In this document: piece after piece, positions 1 through 9,313 of the stretch | Layout of the letters: each line of letters opens with the position of its first letter | Numbering within the stretch: position 1 is the first letter of the stretch | Origin: a virus | Taxonomy: Duplodnaviria; Caudoviricetes | Reading direction: 5' to 3' (one strand) | Virus record (IMG/VR): IMGVR_UViG_3300032295_001737 | Span: 1-29,786 of that record | DNA length: 29,786 nt | Notes under the pieces: model-generated | The model's input: the letters and a program-made list of their open reading frames with translations, nothing else | What the model was told of the DNA's origin: nothing | Database searches by the model: none | Made by a program: the position numbers and the translations under genes

Positions 1-13
1 GTAAAGGTGTACT

Positions 14-349
14 ATGGAAACTCTAAATCTCGAGCAAGCACTTAGCTTTGCTAATTATCAAACTGTACTTAATCAACAAAGACAACAGCTTAAACAAAAG
101 TTCTTAACTGATTGTATCATAGCATATAACGGTGGATTGTTTAAAATCAGTCCAGAATTTATTCTATCTGTGCAAAATTTAGGTTCAAACTGGGTATTAG
201 ACCTTAACAACAATCCTGTGTTAATTGAGGACTTATCCAATTTTGTTACTGTAGCAAAAGATTCCTATCAATCAGCGATTGAGACATACGGTCAATCTTA
301 TCAAAAACTTAAAACAAAACGAAATGTCAAGGCGTTAGTCGACCTATGA
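14..349 (+). CDS. hypothetical phage protein (111 aa), first gene of the overlapped operon
   Basis: ORF with AAGGT SD-like sequence upstream; ATGA overlap with the next gene; no catalytic motif recognised. Confidence 0.75.
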   Translation: METLNLEQALSFANYQTVLNQQRQQLKQKFLTDCIIAYNGGLFKISPEFILSVQNLGSNWVLDLNNNPVLIEDLSNFVTVAKDSYQSAIETYGQSYQKLKTKRNVKALVDL

Positions 350-1179
350 GTCAAGGTATTTTACTTTTTGCTCATAACAATGAGCAACTCAATTATGGTT
401 ATCTAGCAGTTTGGCAGGCAAGATTAATTAAAAAATATTTGAACAAACCTGTCACTTTGGTTACCGACAAGGCAACAATTTATAACCTTCATAATAAGAA
501 ACTATTTAATAAAGAGTTGTTTGATAGTATAGTAATTAGTGATGCTGAAACTGACCAAAAAAGGTTAGTTGGAACAGAATGGGTTCTATTTAAAAATATA
601 GATAGATGCAATGCATACGACCTTAGTCCTTACGATGAAACTATTGTAATGGATACTGATATCTTGTTACAATCAGACAAATTAAATTTGTTATGGAACA
701 GCAATGCTGACCTGTTAGTATCTAAAGATGCATATGATGTATTTGATCGAACATACCCTGAGTTTGACTACTTAAAAGAACACGGTATAGAATTTTATTG
801 GGCAACTGAATTTTATTTTAAGAAATGTGAATCTTCTAAGTTGTTCTTTGATACTTGTAAAAGAATCAAAGATAATTATGAGTGGTATGCAATTCTATAC
901 GGTATGAACAATTCACCTATTCGTAACGACCATGTTTGGAGTATTGCACTACATGAGTTAGGCGGAGCACAACACGGTTCTTGGGCAGAAACAATTCCTC
1001 GAATACTAAGATTTTCAATTGATAAAGATACAATATTAAAAATTAACGATGGTGTTACAATTGGAACATCATATAATGGAAAATCTCATGTTACCCAATT
1101 AACAGGACAAGATGTGCATCTCATGAACAAAATTCAACTAATTGAAATCATTAAAAAAGAATTAGGAGTAGAAGAATGA
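346..1179 (+). CDS. GT-A fold glycosyltransferase, GT8-like
   Basis: N-terminal beta strand GILLFA, then AYDLSPYDETIVMDTD (SPYD-x-T-x-x-x-DxD typical of GT8/nucleotide-diphospho-sugar transferases), later RND and a C-terminal His (DVHLMNK). Confidence 0.75.
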   Translation: MSQGILLFAHNNEQLNYGYLAVWQARLIKKYLNKPVTLVTDKATIYNLHNKKLFNKELFDSIVISDAETDQKRLVGTEWVLFKNIDRCNAYDLSPYDETIVMDTDILLQSDKLNLLWNSNADLLVSKDAYDVFDRTYPEFDYLKEHGIEFYWATEFYFKKCESSKLFFDTCKRIKDNYEWYAILYGMNNSPIRNDHVWSIALHELGGAQHGSWAETIPRILRFSIDKDTILKINDGVTIGTSYNGKSHVTQLTGQDVHLMNKIQLIEIIKKELGVEE

Positions 1180-1964
1180 GTCGAGGGTATTTGATAATGG
1201 CACAAGGTAACTATCTTAATATGGCTATTGCCCTTGCTGAAAGTATTAAAAATACACAATCAACTGTTAATAATGTGAGTATAATCGTTGATTGTGTAAC
1301 AACAGATCATCCAGCTGTTGACCAATTCATTGTATTGCAAAAAGACATTTCAGGGACCGCCGAATGGAAAATTCATAATAGAGCATTCTTTTATGAACTC
1401 AGTCCATATGATGAGACTGTCATATTAGATGCTGATATGTTATTCTTAGAAGATGTAAGTTATTGGTGGGATTATATGTCTAAGCATGAAATGTTATGTA
1501 CTAATAAAGTAAGAACATATCGTAATCAATTAGTTACAGATAATCCATACCGTAAAGCATTTGTCGGTAATGATCTTCCTAATGTTTACAGCGCATTTAC
1601 ATATTTTAAAAAAACAGAGCTAGCTAAATCAGTATTTGATTTAGTTGTTAGTATTATTACATACTGGGATGAGTGGACATTTAGATATACCCCTGAAGAT
1701 AGACAACTACAACCTAGCTTAGATGTAGCATTGGCAATCGCTATTAAAATTTTAGATATAGAAGATCAAGTAACGAGCGTACTTGAATTTCCTACATTTA
1801 CACACATGAAGAGTGGATGCCAAGGTTGGAAAAATTATTCAGAAGATTGGAAAGTACACTTAGGATTATACAAGACTAACAGCGGCATTAGACTAGGTAA
1901 TCATTTGCAATCAGGTATATTACATTATGTAGATAAGAATTTCTTGAAAGAGATCAATAAATGA
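1176..1964 (+). CDS. GT-A fold glycosyltransferase, GT8-like, paralog of the preceding gene
   Basis: GYLIMA...YLNMAIALAESIK, YELSPYDETVILDADMLF (DxD), C-terminal ILHYVDK; AGGAG SD and ATGA overlap. Confidence 0.8.
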   Translation: MSRGYLIMAQGNYLNMAIALAESIKNTQSTVNNVSIIVDCVTTDHPAVDQFIVLQKDISGTAEWKIHNRAFFYELSPYDETVILDADMLFLEDVSYWWDYMSKHEMLCTNKVRTYRNQLVTDNPYRKAFVGNDLPNVYSAFTYFKKTELAKSVFDLVVSIITYWDEWTFRYTPEDRQLQPSLDVALAIAIKILDIEDQVTSVLEFPTFTHMKSGCQGWKNYSEDWKVHLGLYKTNSGIRLGNHLQSGILHYVDKNFLKEINK

Positions 1965-2506
1965 AATATGTATATTACGAACTAGGGACTGGATCAATTA
2001 AGATGATCAGTCCCGTTAAAGAAGAATCTTCAGAATACCCTTATATAGAAGTAGAAGAAGATGCCATTGAAGATATATTTTCAGGAAAGAAAAAAGCAAT
2101 TGACCATTTTGTTAAACCTAGTTCTAAGACATCGAATACAGGATTAATTATTGCCAAAAAGAAAGATATTGTAACTTGGAAAAGTATTAATGATTGGCTC
2201 TACATAATCCCCAATGAGAACGAATTTTATGAAATGCATGTATTACAAGACATTGCCAACAAGCAAATTACAATCAATCTAACAGACAATGCAAAAATTT
2301 GGTGGAAGGGAAATAATTTTTTTCAGAAGAAGTACTTCTTGTTCTCTGCATGTATAGAAGGAGATCCTCACTTTATGACTTGGTACAAAATGATTCCTAG
2401 CGAAGAACTGTTAAACACTGTTTCATTTGAATATAGTGGTAACGATAATATTAGATTTTATACACATAGATATTTTGAAAGTTATATACATGAGCAACAT
2501 ACTTAA
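1961..2506 (+). CDS. hypothetical protein (181 aa) between the glycosyltransferase pairs
   Basis: ORF overlapping its neighbours on both sides; no motif recognised. Confidence 0.7.
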   Translation: MKYVYYELGTGSIKMISPVKEESSEYPYIEVEEDAIEDIFSGKKKAIDHFVKPSSKTSNTGLIIAKKKDIVTWKSINDWLYIIPNENEFYEMHVLQDIANKQITINLTDNAKIWWKGNNFFQKKYFLFSACIEGDPHFMTWYKMIPSEELLNTVSFEYSGNDNIRFYTHRYFESYIHEQHT

Positions 2507-3428
2507 TCTTGCAGAAGTTGACTGCATATATTTGAGCTACGACGAACCAAACGCAGAAAAGAACTATGCTGATCTATTAAACAAGGCTCCGTGGGCTAAA
2601 AGAGTACACGGTGTTAAAGGCAGTGACGAAGCACACAAAGCATGTGCTCGTCTAAGTGAAACAGATCGTTTTATTACTGTAGATGGTGACAATATTGTTG
2701 ACCCTAAGTTCTTTGATGTAAGTATAGACTTAGATAAGATTGCCAATGGTGCAGACAAACAGTTCAGCTGGTGCGGCAAGAATAACATCAACGGTCTGGT
2801 ATATGGTAATGGTGGTTTGAAATGTTGGACTAAGGACTTTGTGCTTAATATGAAAACGCATGAAGCCGCTGAAAGTGAACAAGGGCAGGTTGACTTCTGT
2901 TGGGAAAACAACTATACTCAAATGGTAGGCCTTTACTCTATGGTACACAATAATGCAAGTCCGTTACAGGCATGGAGAGCTGGATTCCGTGAAGGAGTAA
3001 AGCTGACTCTTGATAATGGATTAAAACAGAAACTAATCAATCCTAAGAAACAAATTGTAAGACGAAATTATCAGCGATTGTTAATTTGGCAGTCGGTTGG
3101 TGCAGATGTAGAGAACGGATTATGGGCCATATACGGAGCTAGGCTCGGCGTATACTTAACCAACTGTACTGATTGGAATCATGTTGATGTACGAGACTTT
3201 GAGTACCTTAATGAAATGTTTGAACGCGAATATCGTGTAGTTGACGAATCAAATATTCAAGGACATATCAGGGTATTGGGAGAAAAGATTAGATTACAAC
3301 TAAACATGCCTGTGGCCGATTTAGATGAAACACAGAGTCGCTTCTTTAAAGATGTTTGGGTTAATCCTCCTAGACTGGAATCTACCGTTCGAGAACAAGA
3401 CACCGATTGGGATATATTAGAACTATGA
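2490..3428 (+). CDS. GT-A fold (GT2-like) phage glycosyltransferase
   Basis: Start moved to ATG 2490 (MSNILN). DCIYLSYDEPNA, RVHGVKGSDEAHKACA, FITVDGDN (DxD), YGNGGLK, AWRAGFREGVKL. Confidence 0.7.
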   Translation: MSNILNLAEVDCIYLSYDEPNAEKNYADLLNKAPWAKRVHGVKGSDEAHKACARLSETDRFITVDGDNIVDPKFFDVSIDLDKIANGADKQFSWCGKNNINGLVYGNGGLKCWTKDFVLNMKTHEAAESEQGQVDFCWENNYTQMVGLYSMVHNNASPLQAWRAGFREGVKLTLDNGLKQKLINPKKQIVRRNYQRLLIWQSVGADVENGLWAIYGARLGVYLTNCTDWNHVDVRDFEYLNEMFEREYRVVDESNIQGHIRVLGEKIRLQLNMPVADLDETQSRFFKDVWVNPPRLESTVREQDTDWDILEL

Positions 3429-5434
3429 ACATTATACCTAAAGAGCAAGTAGAAACAATTAACTGGGAAGAACGCAAAGAAGACTATGATCAAGCAATGT
3501 TTGAGCTTGGCAAAGGTCTTGATCTCTTTTATGTAGTTAACCCCGAGCTTCCTGAATTTTATATTAATGCAATAGACAAAGAATACAGATCTTCCAGGTG
3601 TGTATTGTGGAAACACGACGACATCTGGGTCGTTAAACAGTTTCACAAAGATTGGACTCCGGCACACGGCTGGACAATTAAAGAGTTACCTAACTTACCC
3701 GAACAACATTGGAAAGTTAATCCAGATATAGATCCTAGTGCCTTATTTGAAAATGATCCGTTTAACAATTACAAAATAGGTCTTTGGGATTTGACATATA
3801 AACATACATGGTACCTTGATTCTAAGTACGATCCGGAAGGAAATAAAGTTTGGGTGTATGAATGTGTAACTGATTGGTTAGATGCAGGAAACAAAGACTT
3901 TGAAATTACTCCAAAGTTAACTATTGCACATAACAAAGATTACAATCATATCAGTTTTAATTATAGTGAATTTGTTCCTGCCTACTATGATTTAAAGTAT
4001 GAACATGTTTGGTATATAGATCCTAAGTACACTCAAGGGCAAAAAGTATGGGCAAAGACTATATCAGCATCTGTAGCCAATGATGGTACAAAGGATATGG
4101 GATTTGTTACACCCGACTTACCTACACAAGTATGGTATGTAAATCCCGATGTTGATGTAGATATTGTATTTGCTAACGACCCCAAGGATAAATTTATTAT
4201 ACCTATTTGGGATATTAACTTTAGTCATGTATGGTACCTAGATCCAAAATATTCTATTGCAGAAGAAAAAGTATGGCTATACAAATGCGAGACTGATTTT
4301 ACATTTGAAGGCACAAAGGATATGGGATATCTTACACCTGATTTAATTATAGAACAAAATCCATTATTAGACGGTGTAACATTTGAATTAGATCCCATCA
4401 GCCTACTAGATTTAAAATATGAAAACATTTGGAACTTAGATGAAGTGTACGGAGCCTGGAAAGACATGTGGGCCATTAATATCAAGCCAGCATGGAAGAA
4501 CACTGAAGGTATCAAATATAGGGGATCTATAAGTCCTAACTTTAAATTATCTTTCAACACTGAAATTCCAGATTTAAAATTTAATGTAGACTATAAGATA
4601 CCTTATCCTGATTTCAAATATGAACACATATGGTATCTAGACCCTAAGTACTCTATTGGCAAGAAAGTATGGCTGGCAAGTTTGTCAGCAGCCGAACATA
4701 CAGCAGGTGTCAAAGATATGGGTTACGCTATCCCGGATATTGCTGAGCAATTAGATGTGATCTTTATCAGTTATAACGAACCTAACGCAGACGCTAACTG
4801 GCAACGAGTATTGTCTAAGGCACCTAATGCTAAACGGGTAGATGGTGTTAAGGGTATCTTTGAGGCACACAAAGCTGCCGCATTAGTTGCAAAGAGTGAT
4901 ATGTTCTATGTCGTTGACGGAGATGCATACTTAACTGATGAATGGCAATTTGATTTTAGCCCTAACATCTTTGATAGAGATTGCGTACATGTTTACAGAG
5001 CAACTAACCCTATTAACGATTTAACATACGGATACGGAGGAGTAAAACTATTTCCTCGTAAGTTACTGTTAGAAGCAACCAACTGGAAAGTGGACATGAC
5101 TACAAGTATTGCTAGGAAGTTAAAAGTACTTAGAACAATTAGTAATGTTACTGCATTTAATACAGATGAGATTAGTACTTGGCGTAGTGCATTCCGTGAA
5201 TGTGCTAAATTAGCCGCAGGCACAATAGATAATCAAATCAGTGCAGAAACAGAGCGCAGACTAAAACTTTGGACCAGTAAAGGTAGTGATAGAAAGTTTG
5301 GTAAGTATGCTATTGCAGGAGCTAAAGCTGGAATGGAGTTTGGTCTTAATAACAAACTAGATGATGCACTAATGCAACAAATAAACGACAGACAGTGGTT
5401 AGAGACACAATTTAAAAATGCAAAATTACATTAA
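3425..5434 (+). CDS. repeat-containing protein with a C-terminal GT2-like glycosyltransferase domain
   Basis: Start moved to ATG 3425 (ATGA overlap). The C-terminal ~225 aa parallel the previous gene: DVIFISYNEPNA, RVDGVKGIFEAHKAAA, YVVDGDA, YGYGGVK, TWRSAFRECAKL. The N-terminal part has five HxWYLDPKY-type repeats. Confidence 0.75.
   Translation: MNIIPKEQVETINWEERKEDYDQAMFELGKGLDLFYVVNPELPEFYINAIDKEYRSSRCVLWKHDDIWVVKQFHKDWTPAHGWTIKELPNLPEQHWKVNPDIDPSALFENDPFNNYKIGLWDLTYKHTWYLDSKYDPEGNKVWVYECVTDWLDAGNKDFEITPKLTIAHNKDYNHISFNYSEFVPAYYDLKYEHVWYIDPKYTQGQKVWAKTISASVANDGTKDMGFVTPDLPTQVWYVNPDVDVDIVFANDPKDKFIIPIWDINFSHVWYLDPKYSIAEEKVWLYKCETDFTFEGTKDMGYLTPDLIIEQNPLLDGVTFELDPISLLDLKYENIWNLDEVYGAWKDMWAINIKPAWKNTEGIKYRGSISPNFKLSFNTEIPDLKFNVDYKIPYPDFKYEHIWYLDPKYSIGKKVWLASLSAAEHTAGVKDMGYAIPDIAEQLDVIFISYNEPNADANWQRVLSKAPNAKRVDGVKGIFEAHKAAALVAKSDMFYVVDGDAYLTDEWQFDFSPNIFDRDCVHVYRATNPINDLTYGYGGVKLFPRKLLLEATNWKVDMTTSIARKLKVLRTISNVTAFNTDEISTWRSAFRECAKLAAGTIDNQISAETERRLKLWTSKGSDRKFGKYAIAGAKAGMEFGLNNKLDDALMQQINDRQWLETQFKNAKLH
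3695..4735 (+). repeat. five tandem intragenic protein repeats of 66-74 aa
   Basis: Anchor Trp codons of WYLDSKY, WYIDPKY, WYLDPKY, WNLDEVY and WYLDPKY at 3809, 4010, 4232, 4430 and 4631 (spacing 201, 222, 198, 201 nt), each followed by KVW/DMW and G-x-K-D/Y. Confidence 0.9.
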
Positions 5435-6725
5435 GAACCTAGACGAAGCACTTCCTACATTTTGTGCTACACCATTTGTTAGTATAATGGTTAATACAGA
5501 TGCCACAGTAAGATATTGCTGTATGGTCAAAGGAGCATTAAACAAGATTAAAAAGCCTGACGGTACTGTATATACAATCAACGAGCCTTTTATTAAAGAA
5601 GCATGGAATAGTAAAGACATGCAAGATATTAGAATGGCAATGGTATCTGGACAACAAGTAGAAGGATGTAGTACCTGCTACCTACAAGAAGACAGCGGCC
5701 GTGTTAGTAATAGACAACACAGTAATCAAGAATGGGCAGGCAGACTCGGTACGGCTAAGATTGATAAGCTAATCGATGATGCTATTATTAATAACGGTGT
5801 ACTTGAAAACAATATTGCCTACTTAGATTTACGATTAGGTAATCTATGTAATCTAAAGTGCAGGATGTGTAATCCGTACAATAGCACACAGATTGCCAAA
5901 GAGCACATTGAATTAGAAAAGAAAGACTCTGCCTACAAAGTTGTTTGGGCAAATACATTTGGCAAGTTTAACGAAAAGATTATGGATGTGCAAGAGTGGT
6001 TTGATCAGGATATGTTATGGGATCAAGTTATTGCTCTAATTCCTAGTCTACATAAAGTCTATATGACAGGCGGTGAACCTACCCTAATTGAAAACAACTT
6101 TAGATTTATGCAGGCTTGTATTGATCAGGGACGAACTGACATTGTATTGTTCTTCAATACAAACTGTACAAACATCAATAAGAAGTTCCTATCTTTGATT
6201 AGTCAGTTTAAACAAGTTAACATCAATGCAAGTATGGATGGTGTTGGCATTGTTAACGAATATATTCGTGCTCCTAGCAAATGGAGTCAGATCAGTGCCA
6301 ACATTGAAAAACTAGCACAGATGCCCAATGTGGTATTAGGTGTTACTCCTACAGTACAAGTCTACAATGTATTCAATTTAGTTGATACACTACAGTGGGT
6401 TGATGAACTGAATCAAAAGTATAATTCAAATACATTTGTTGATTTCTTAATCAATGTACATCCTCATCAATTAGCAGTAGGAATACTACCAGATGATATA
6501 CGACAAGATGCGGCAAATAGATTAATTGCATATAATTTAACAGGTAAACATGCATTGACTGTTAACAGTATAACAGGTATCATTGGATTGTTACAACGAC
6601 CTAGAGCCGAAGACTGGAAGTATCAACAACAGGAATTAAAAGTGTACACACTAAGTTTAGATAAAGAACGAGATCAAAACATTTATGACATTGATTCTCG
6701 CATTGCGGAGTTTGTAAATGAGTAA
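5418..6725 (+). CDS. radical SAM protein with N-terminal Twitch/SPASM-type domain (copy 1)
   Basis: FCATPF...RYCC...CSTCY at the N-terminus; core CNLKCRMC (CxxxCxxC); MTGGEP; FNTN; SMDG. Confidence 0.92.
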   Translation: MQNYIKNLDEALPTFCATPFVSIMVNTDATVRYCCMVKGALNKIKKPDGTVYTINEPFIKEAWNSKDMQDIRMAMVSGQQVEGCSTCYLQEDSGRVSNRQHSNQEWAGRLGTAKIDKLIDDAIINNGVLENNIAYLDLRLGNLCNLKCRMCNPYNSTQIAKEHIELEKKDSAYKVVWANTFGKFNEKIMDVQEWFDQDMLWDQVIALIPSLHKVYMTGGEPTLIENNFRFMQACIDQGRTDIVLFFNTNCTNINKKFLSLISQFKQVNINASMDGVGIVNEYIRAPSKWSQISANIEKLAQMPNVVLGVTPTVQVYNVFNLVDTLQWVDELNQKYNSNTFVDFLINVHPHQLAVGILPDDIRQDAANRLIAYNLTGKHALTVNSITGIIGLLQRPRAEDWKYQQQELKVYTLSLDKERDQNIYDIDSRIAEFVNE

Positions 6726-7962
6726 GTCTAAAACATTTTGCATATTACCTTGGATACATGCCGCTACATACACTGACGGTAGTGCTTTACTTTGTTGTGT
6801 GGCCAAGTCTGACGGCGAAACTAATCTAAACAACATGACAATGAAGGAAGCATGGAATAGCATTATGTTTAAAGATGCTAGATTAAAGATGTTGCGTGGT
6901 GAAGAAGTTAATAACTGTGCTTCGTGTTATGCAGAAGAAGAAGTAGGTATGCATAGCCACAGGCTAGTTGAAAACTATGTTTGGTATAAGAAATTAGGTA
7001 AAGAATACTTAGATAATCTTGTTGCAAAAACAAAACAAGACGGCAGTGTTGATCACGACTTCATTACATTAGATTTGCGATTAGGAAACACTTGCAATCT
7101 ACAATGTATTATGTGTCGTCCGGTTGATAGTAGTAAATGGGTCAAACATGCTAACATCCTTAAAGACGAACTAACCACAGAAGTTAAGTGGGATTGGAAA
7201 CATAAGGTAGAAGATTATAGTGTAAAGAACTTCGAATGGTATAAAGATTCAGAATTCTTAGAAAGCTTCTATGCTAATGCCGGGGGCATCAAACATATTA
7301 TATTTGGCGGCGGCGAGCCTTTGTATATTAAAGAACATAGAGAGATTATTAAGCAATTAGTAGAACGAGGTCACAGCAAAGATATTGAGTTAAGATATCA
7401 TACAAATGGTACTATCTGGGACCAAGAAGTTGTTGACTTATGGACACACTTTAAGCGAGTTGAAGTAATGATCAGTTTAGATGGAGTAGGCGAAGTGAAT
7501 GATTATATTCGTTATCCTGCAGACTGGTCTGTTATTGAAAAGAATCTATCGTTATATGACGAGACTCCAGATATGATTGATCCTAAAATCTTATGTACAG
7601 TGCAGGCATTGAACATTGATCATTTGCCCGAGTTTGCCGATTGGTTGTTATCTAAAAATTACAAGAAGATTAGTAAGCGTTCGCAAGAAGGAATATTTCA
7701 CCCTGGAATATTGCATTATCCACAATACCTAAGCCCTAAAGTTTTGCCGCTAGCTGTTAAAGAGCGAATTACACTAAAATTAGCAGAGTATGCTAGTAAC
7801 AATTTAAGTAACACACATATTCAAAAATTTAGACAATTAACTGAATTAATGAATAGTGAGGATTTGAGCTTTATGCTCGATCAAACTCTAGAGTATATAA
7901 ACAAATTAGATCAACTAAGATCAACAGACAGCACCTTTTTTAGGACAGTATTAAATGGATGA
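6718..7962 (+). CDS. radical SAM protein with N-terminal Twitch/SPASM-type domain (copy 2)
   Basis: FCILPW...LLCC...CASCY; core CNLQCIMC; GGGEP; HTNGT; SLDG. Confidence 0.92.
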   Translation: MSKSKTFCILPWIHAATYTDGSALLCCVAKSDGETNLNNMTMKEAWNSIMFKDARLKMLRGEEVNNCASCYAEEEVGMHSHRLVENYVWYKKLGKEYLDNLVAKTKQDGSVDHDFITLDLRLGNTCNLQCIMCRPVDSSKWVKHANILKDELTTEVKWDWKHKVEDYSVKNFEWYKDSEFLESFYANAGGIKHIIFGGGEPLYIKEHREIIKQLVERGHSKDIELRYHTNGTIWDQEVVDLWTHFKRVEVMISLDGVGEVNDYIRYPADWSVIEKNLSLYDETPDMIDPKILCTVQALNIDHLPEFADWLLSKNYKKISKRSQEGIFHPGILHYPQYLSPKVLPLAVKERITLKLAEYASNNLSNTHIQKFRQLTELMNSEDLSFMLDQTLEYINKLDQLRSTDSTFFRTVLNG

Positions 7963-9313
7963 TAGTATTAACGAACTAAGAAAAGAAATCATAAACAGTG
8001 AAACTTTCTGTTTCTACCCTTTCTTAGAATTAAGCACAAATCCAGCAGGTCATTTAAAACCATGCTGTTATTATAGTAATGTATTGTTCAAAGGTGATGA
8101 AGGCGATTATACCAATATCTATAGCATCACTAAAAATAGTACACTAGAAGAAGCATGGAATTCTCGTCCTATGATTGAGATTAGAAGGCAGTTAGTAGAA
8201 GGCGAAGTTAATAATAACTGCAATACATGCTATCGTGATGGGCCTGCAAGTATGCGTACTAGAAGCATTAACGAATATAAAAATAATGCTGATGTCTTGC
8301 TCAAAGTACAAGATGCTATATTAAATGGATACGAAACACCGTATCTTCCTAGTAGGTTAGAATTAAAGCCTAGTAACTTATGCAATTTAAAATGTGTAAT
8401 GTGTAACAGTTACGATTCTACACAAGTTGCAAAAGAGTTAATAGAACTATCTGAAAAATTTAAAGGAATTAATGTAAAGACTGGTCGCTTTATTAGTATT
8501 AATCTAGAACAGACTGGTATTACTGAAACACATGCAGCATTTGAAGATGTAGATGTACCTGACTGGTCAAACAACGATGAGCTATGGAATAGTTTTACTA
8601 AAATTGCCCCAGGATTAGAACATTTAAGTTTTGCTGGTGGGGAGCCTACCTTAATTCCGTTTGTACAAAAAGTATTAGATTACTGTGTAGAACAAGACTA
8701 TGCAAAGAATATTAAAATTAGTGTCGCTAGTAATTTTACAAACATGAGTAAAAACTTCTTAGAAGTTATGCCTAAATTTAAAAGATTTGAAATTATTGCA
8801 AGTATTGATGGCATTGGCCCAGTTAATGACTACTGTAGATATCCTAGCAAATGGAGTCAGATTTCAAGTAATTATGAAAAGACAAAACAATTAACTAAAC
8901 ATTCCAATGTTAAGATAATGACAAATATAACAGTTAACTTTTTAAATGTTATGAATTTAGATCAGTTATTGTATTGGATAGAAGACCAAGCAGACCGATA
9001 TCCTTATTTCCGAGAATATCCGTATAACATAAATTTAATTTGGTCTCCTAACGATCAACGAATTGAACATTTACCTAATCACCTTAAAGAGATCGCTATT
9101 CAACGACTAGAAAAATATAAGTCAACAAGCAGTATATTAAAAGAATTTCCAGGAATGGTTTCTAGAATAGATTTAGTATTAAACGAGTTGAAAAAGCAAG
9201 GTAGCGAGTATGAGTTAGGGCAGTTTAAGAAAAGACTCAAAGTGTTAGATACCCACAGAGAAATTAATGTAGTAGACTATATTCCAGACTTAGGAGATGT
9301 TTTTAATGAATAA
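7955..9313 (+). CDS. radical SAM protein with N-terminal Twitch/SPASM-type domain (copy 3)
   Basis: FCFYPF...KPCC...CNTCY; core CNLKCVMC; AGGEP; ASN; SIDG. Confidence 0.92.
   Translation: MDDSINELRKEIINSETFCFYPFLELSTNPAGHLKPCCYYSNVLFKGDEGDYTNIYSITKNSTLEEAWNSRPMIEIRRQLVEGEVNNNCNTCYRDGPASMRTRSINEYKNNADVLLKVQDAILNGYETPYLPSRLELKPSNLCNLKCVMCNSYDSTQVAKELIELSEKFKGINVKTGRFISINLEQTGITETHAAFEDVDVPDWSNNDELWNSFTKIAPGLEHLSFAGGEPTLIPFVQKVLDYCVEQDYAKNIKISVASNFTNMSKNFLEVMPKFKRFEIIASIDGIGPVNDYCRYPSKWSQISSNYEKTKQLTKHSNVKIMTNITVNFLNVMNLDQLLYWIEDQADRYPYFREYPYNINLIWSPNDQRIEHLPNHLKEIAIQRLEKYKSTSSILKEFPGMVSRIDLVLNELKKQGSEYELGQFKKRLKVLDTHREINVVDYIPDLGDVFNE

Noticed and set aside
3695-4735. CRISPR array or diversity-generating retroelement repeats
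   Set aside because: The repeats are in-frame, conserved at protein level and degenerate in DNA; no constant repeat-spacer pattern, adenine-specific variation or reverse transcriptase
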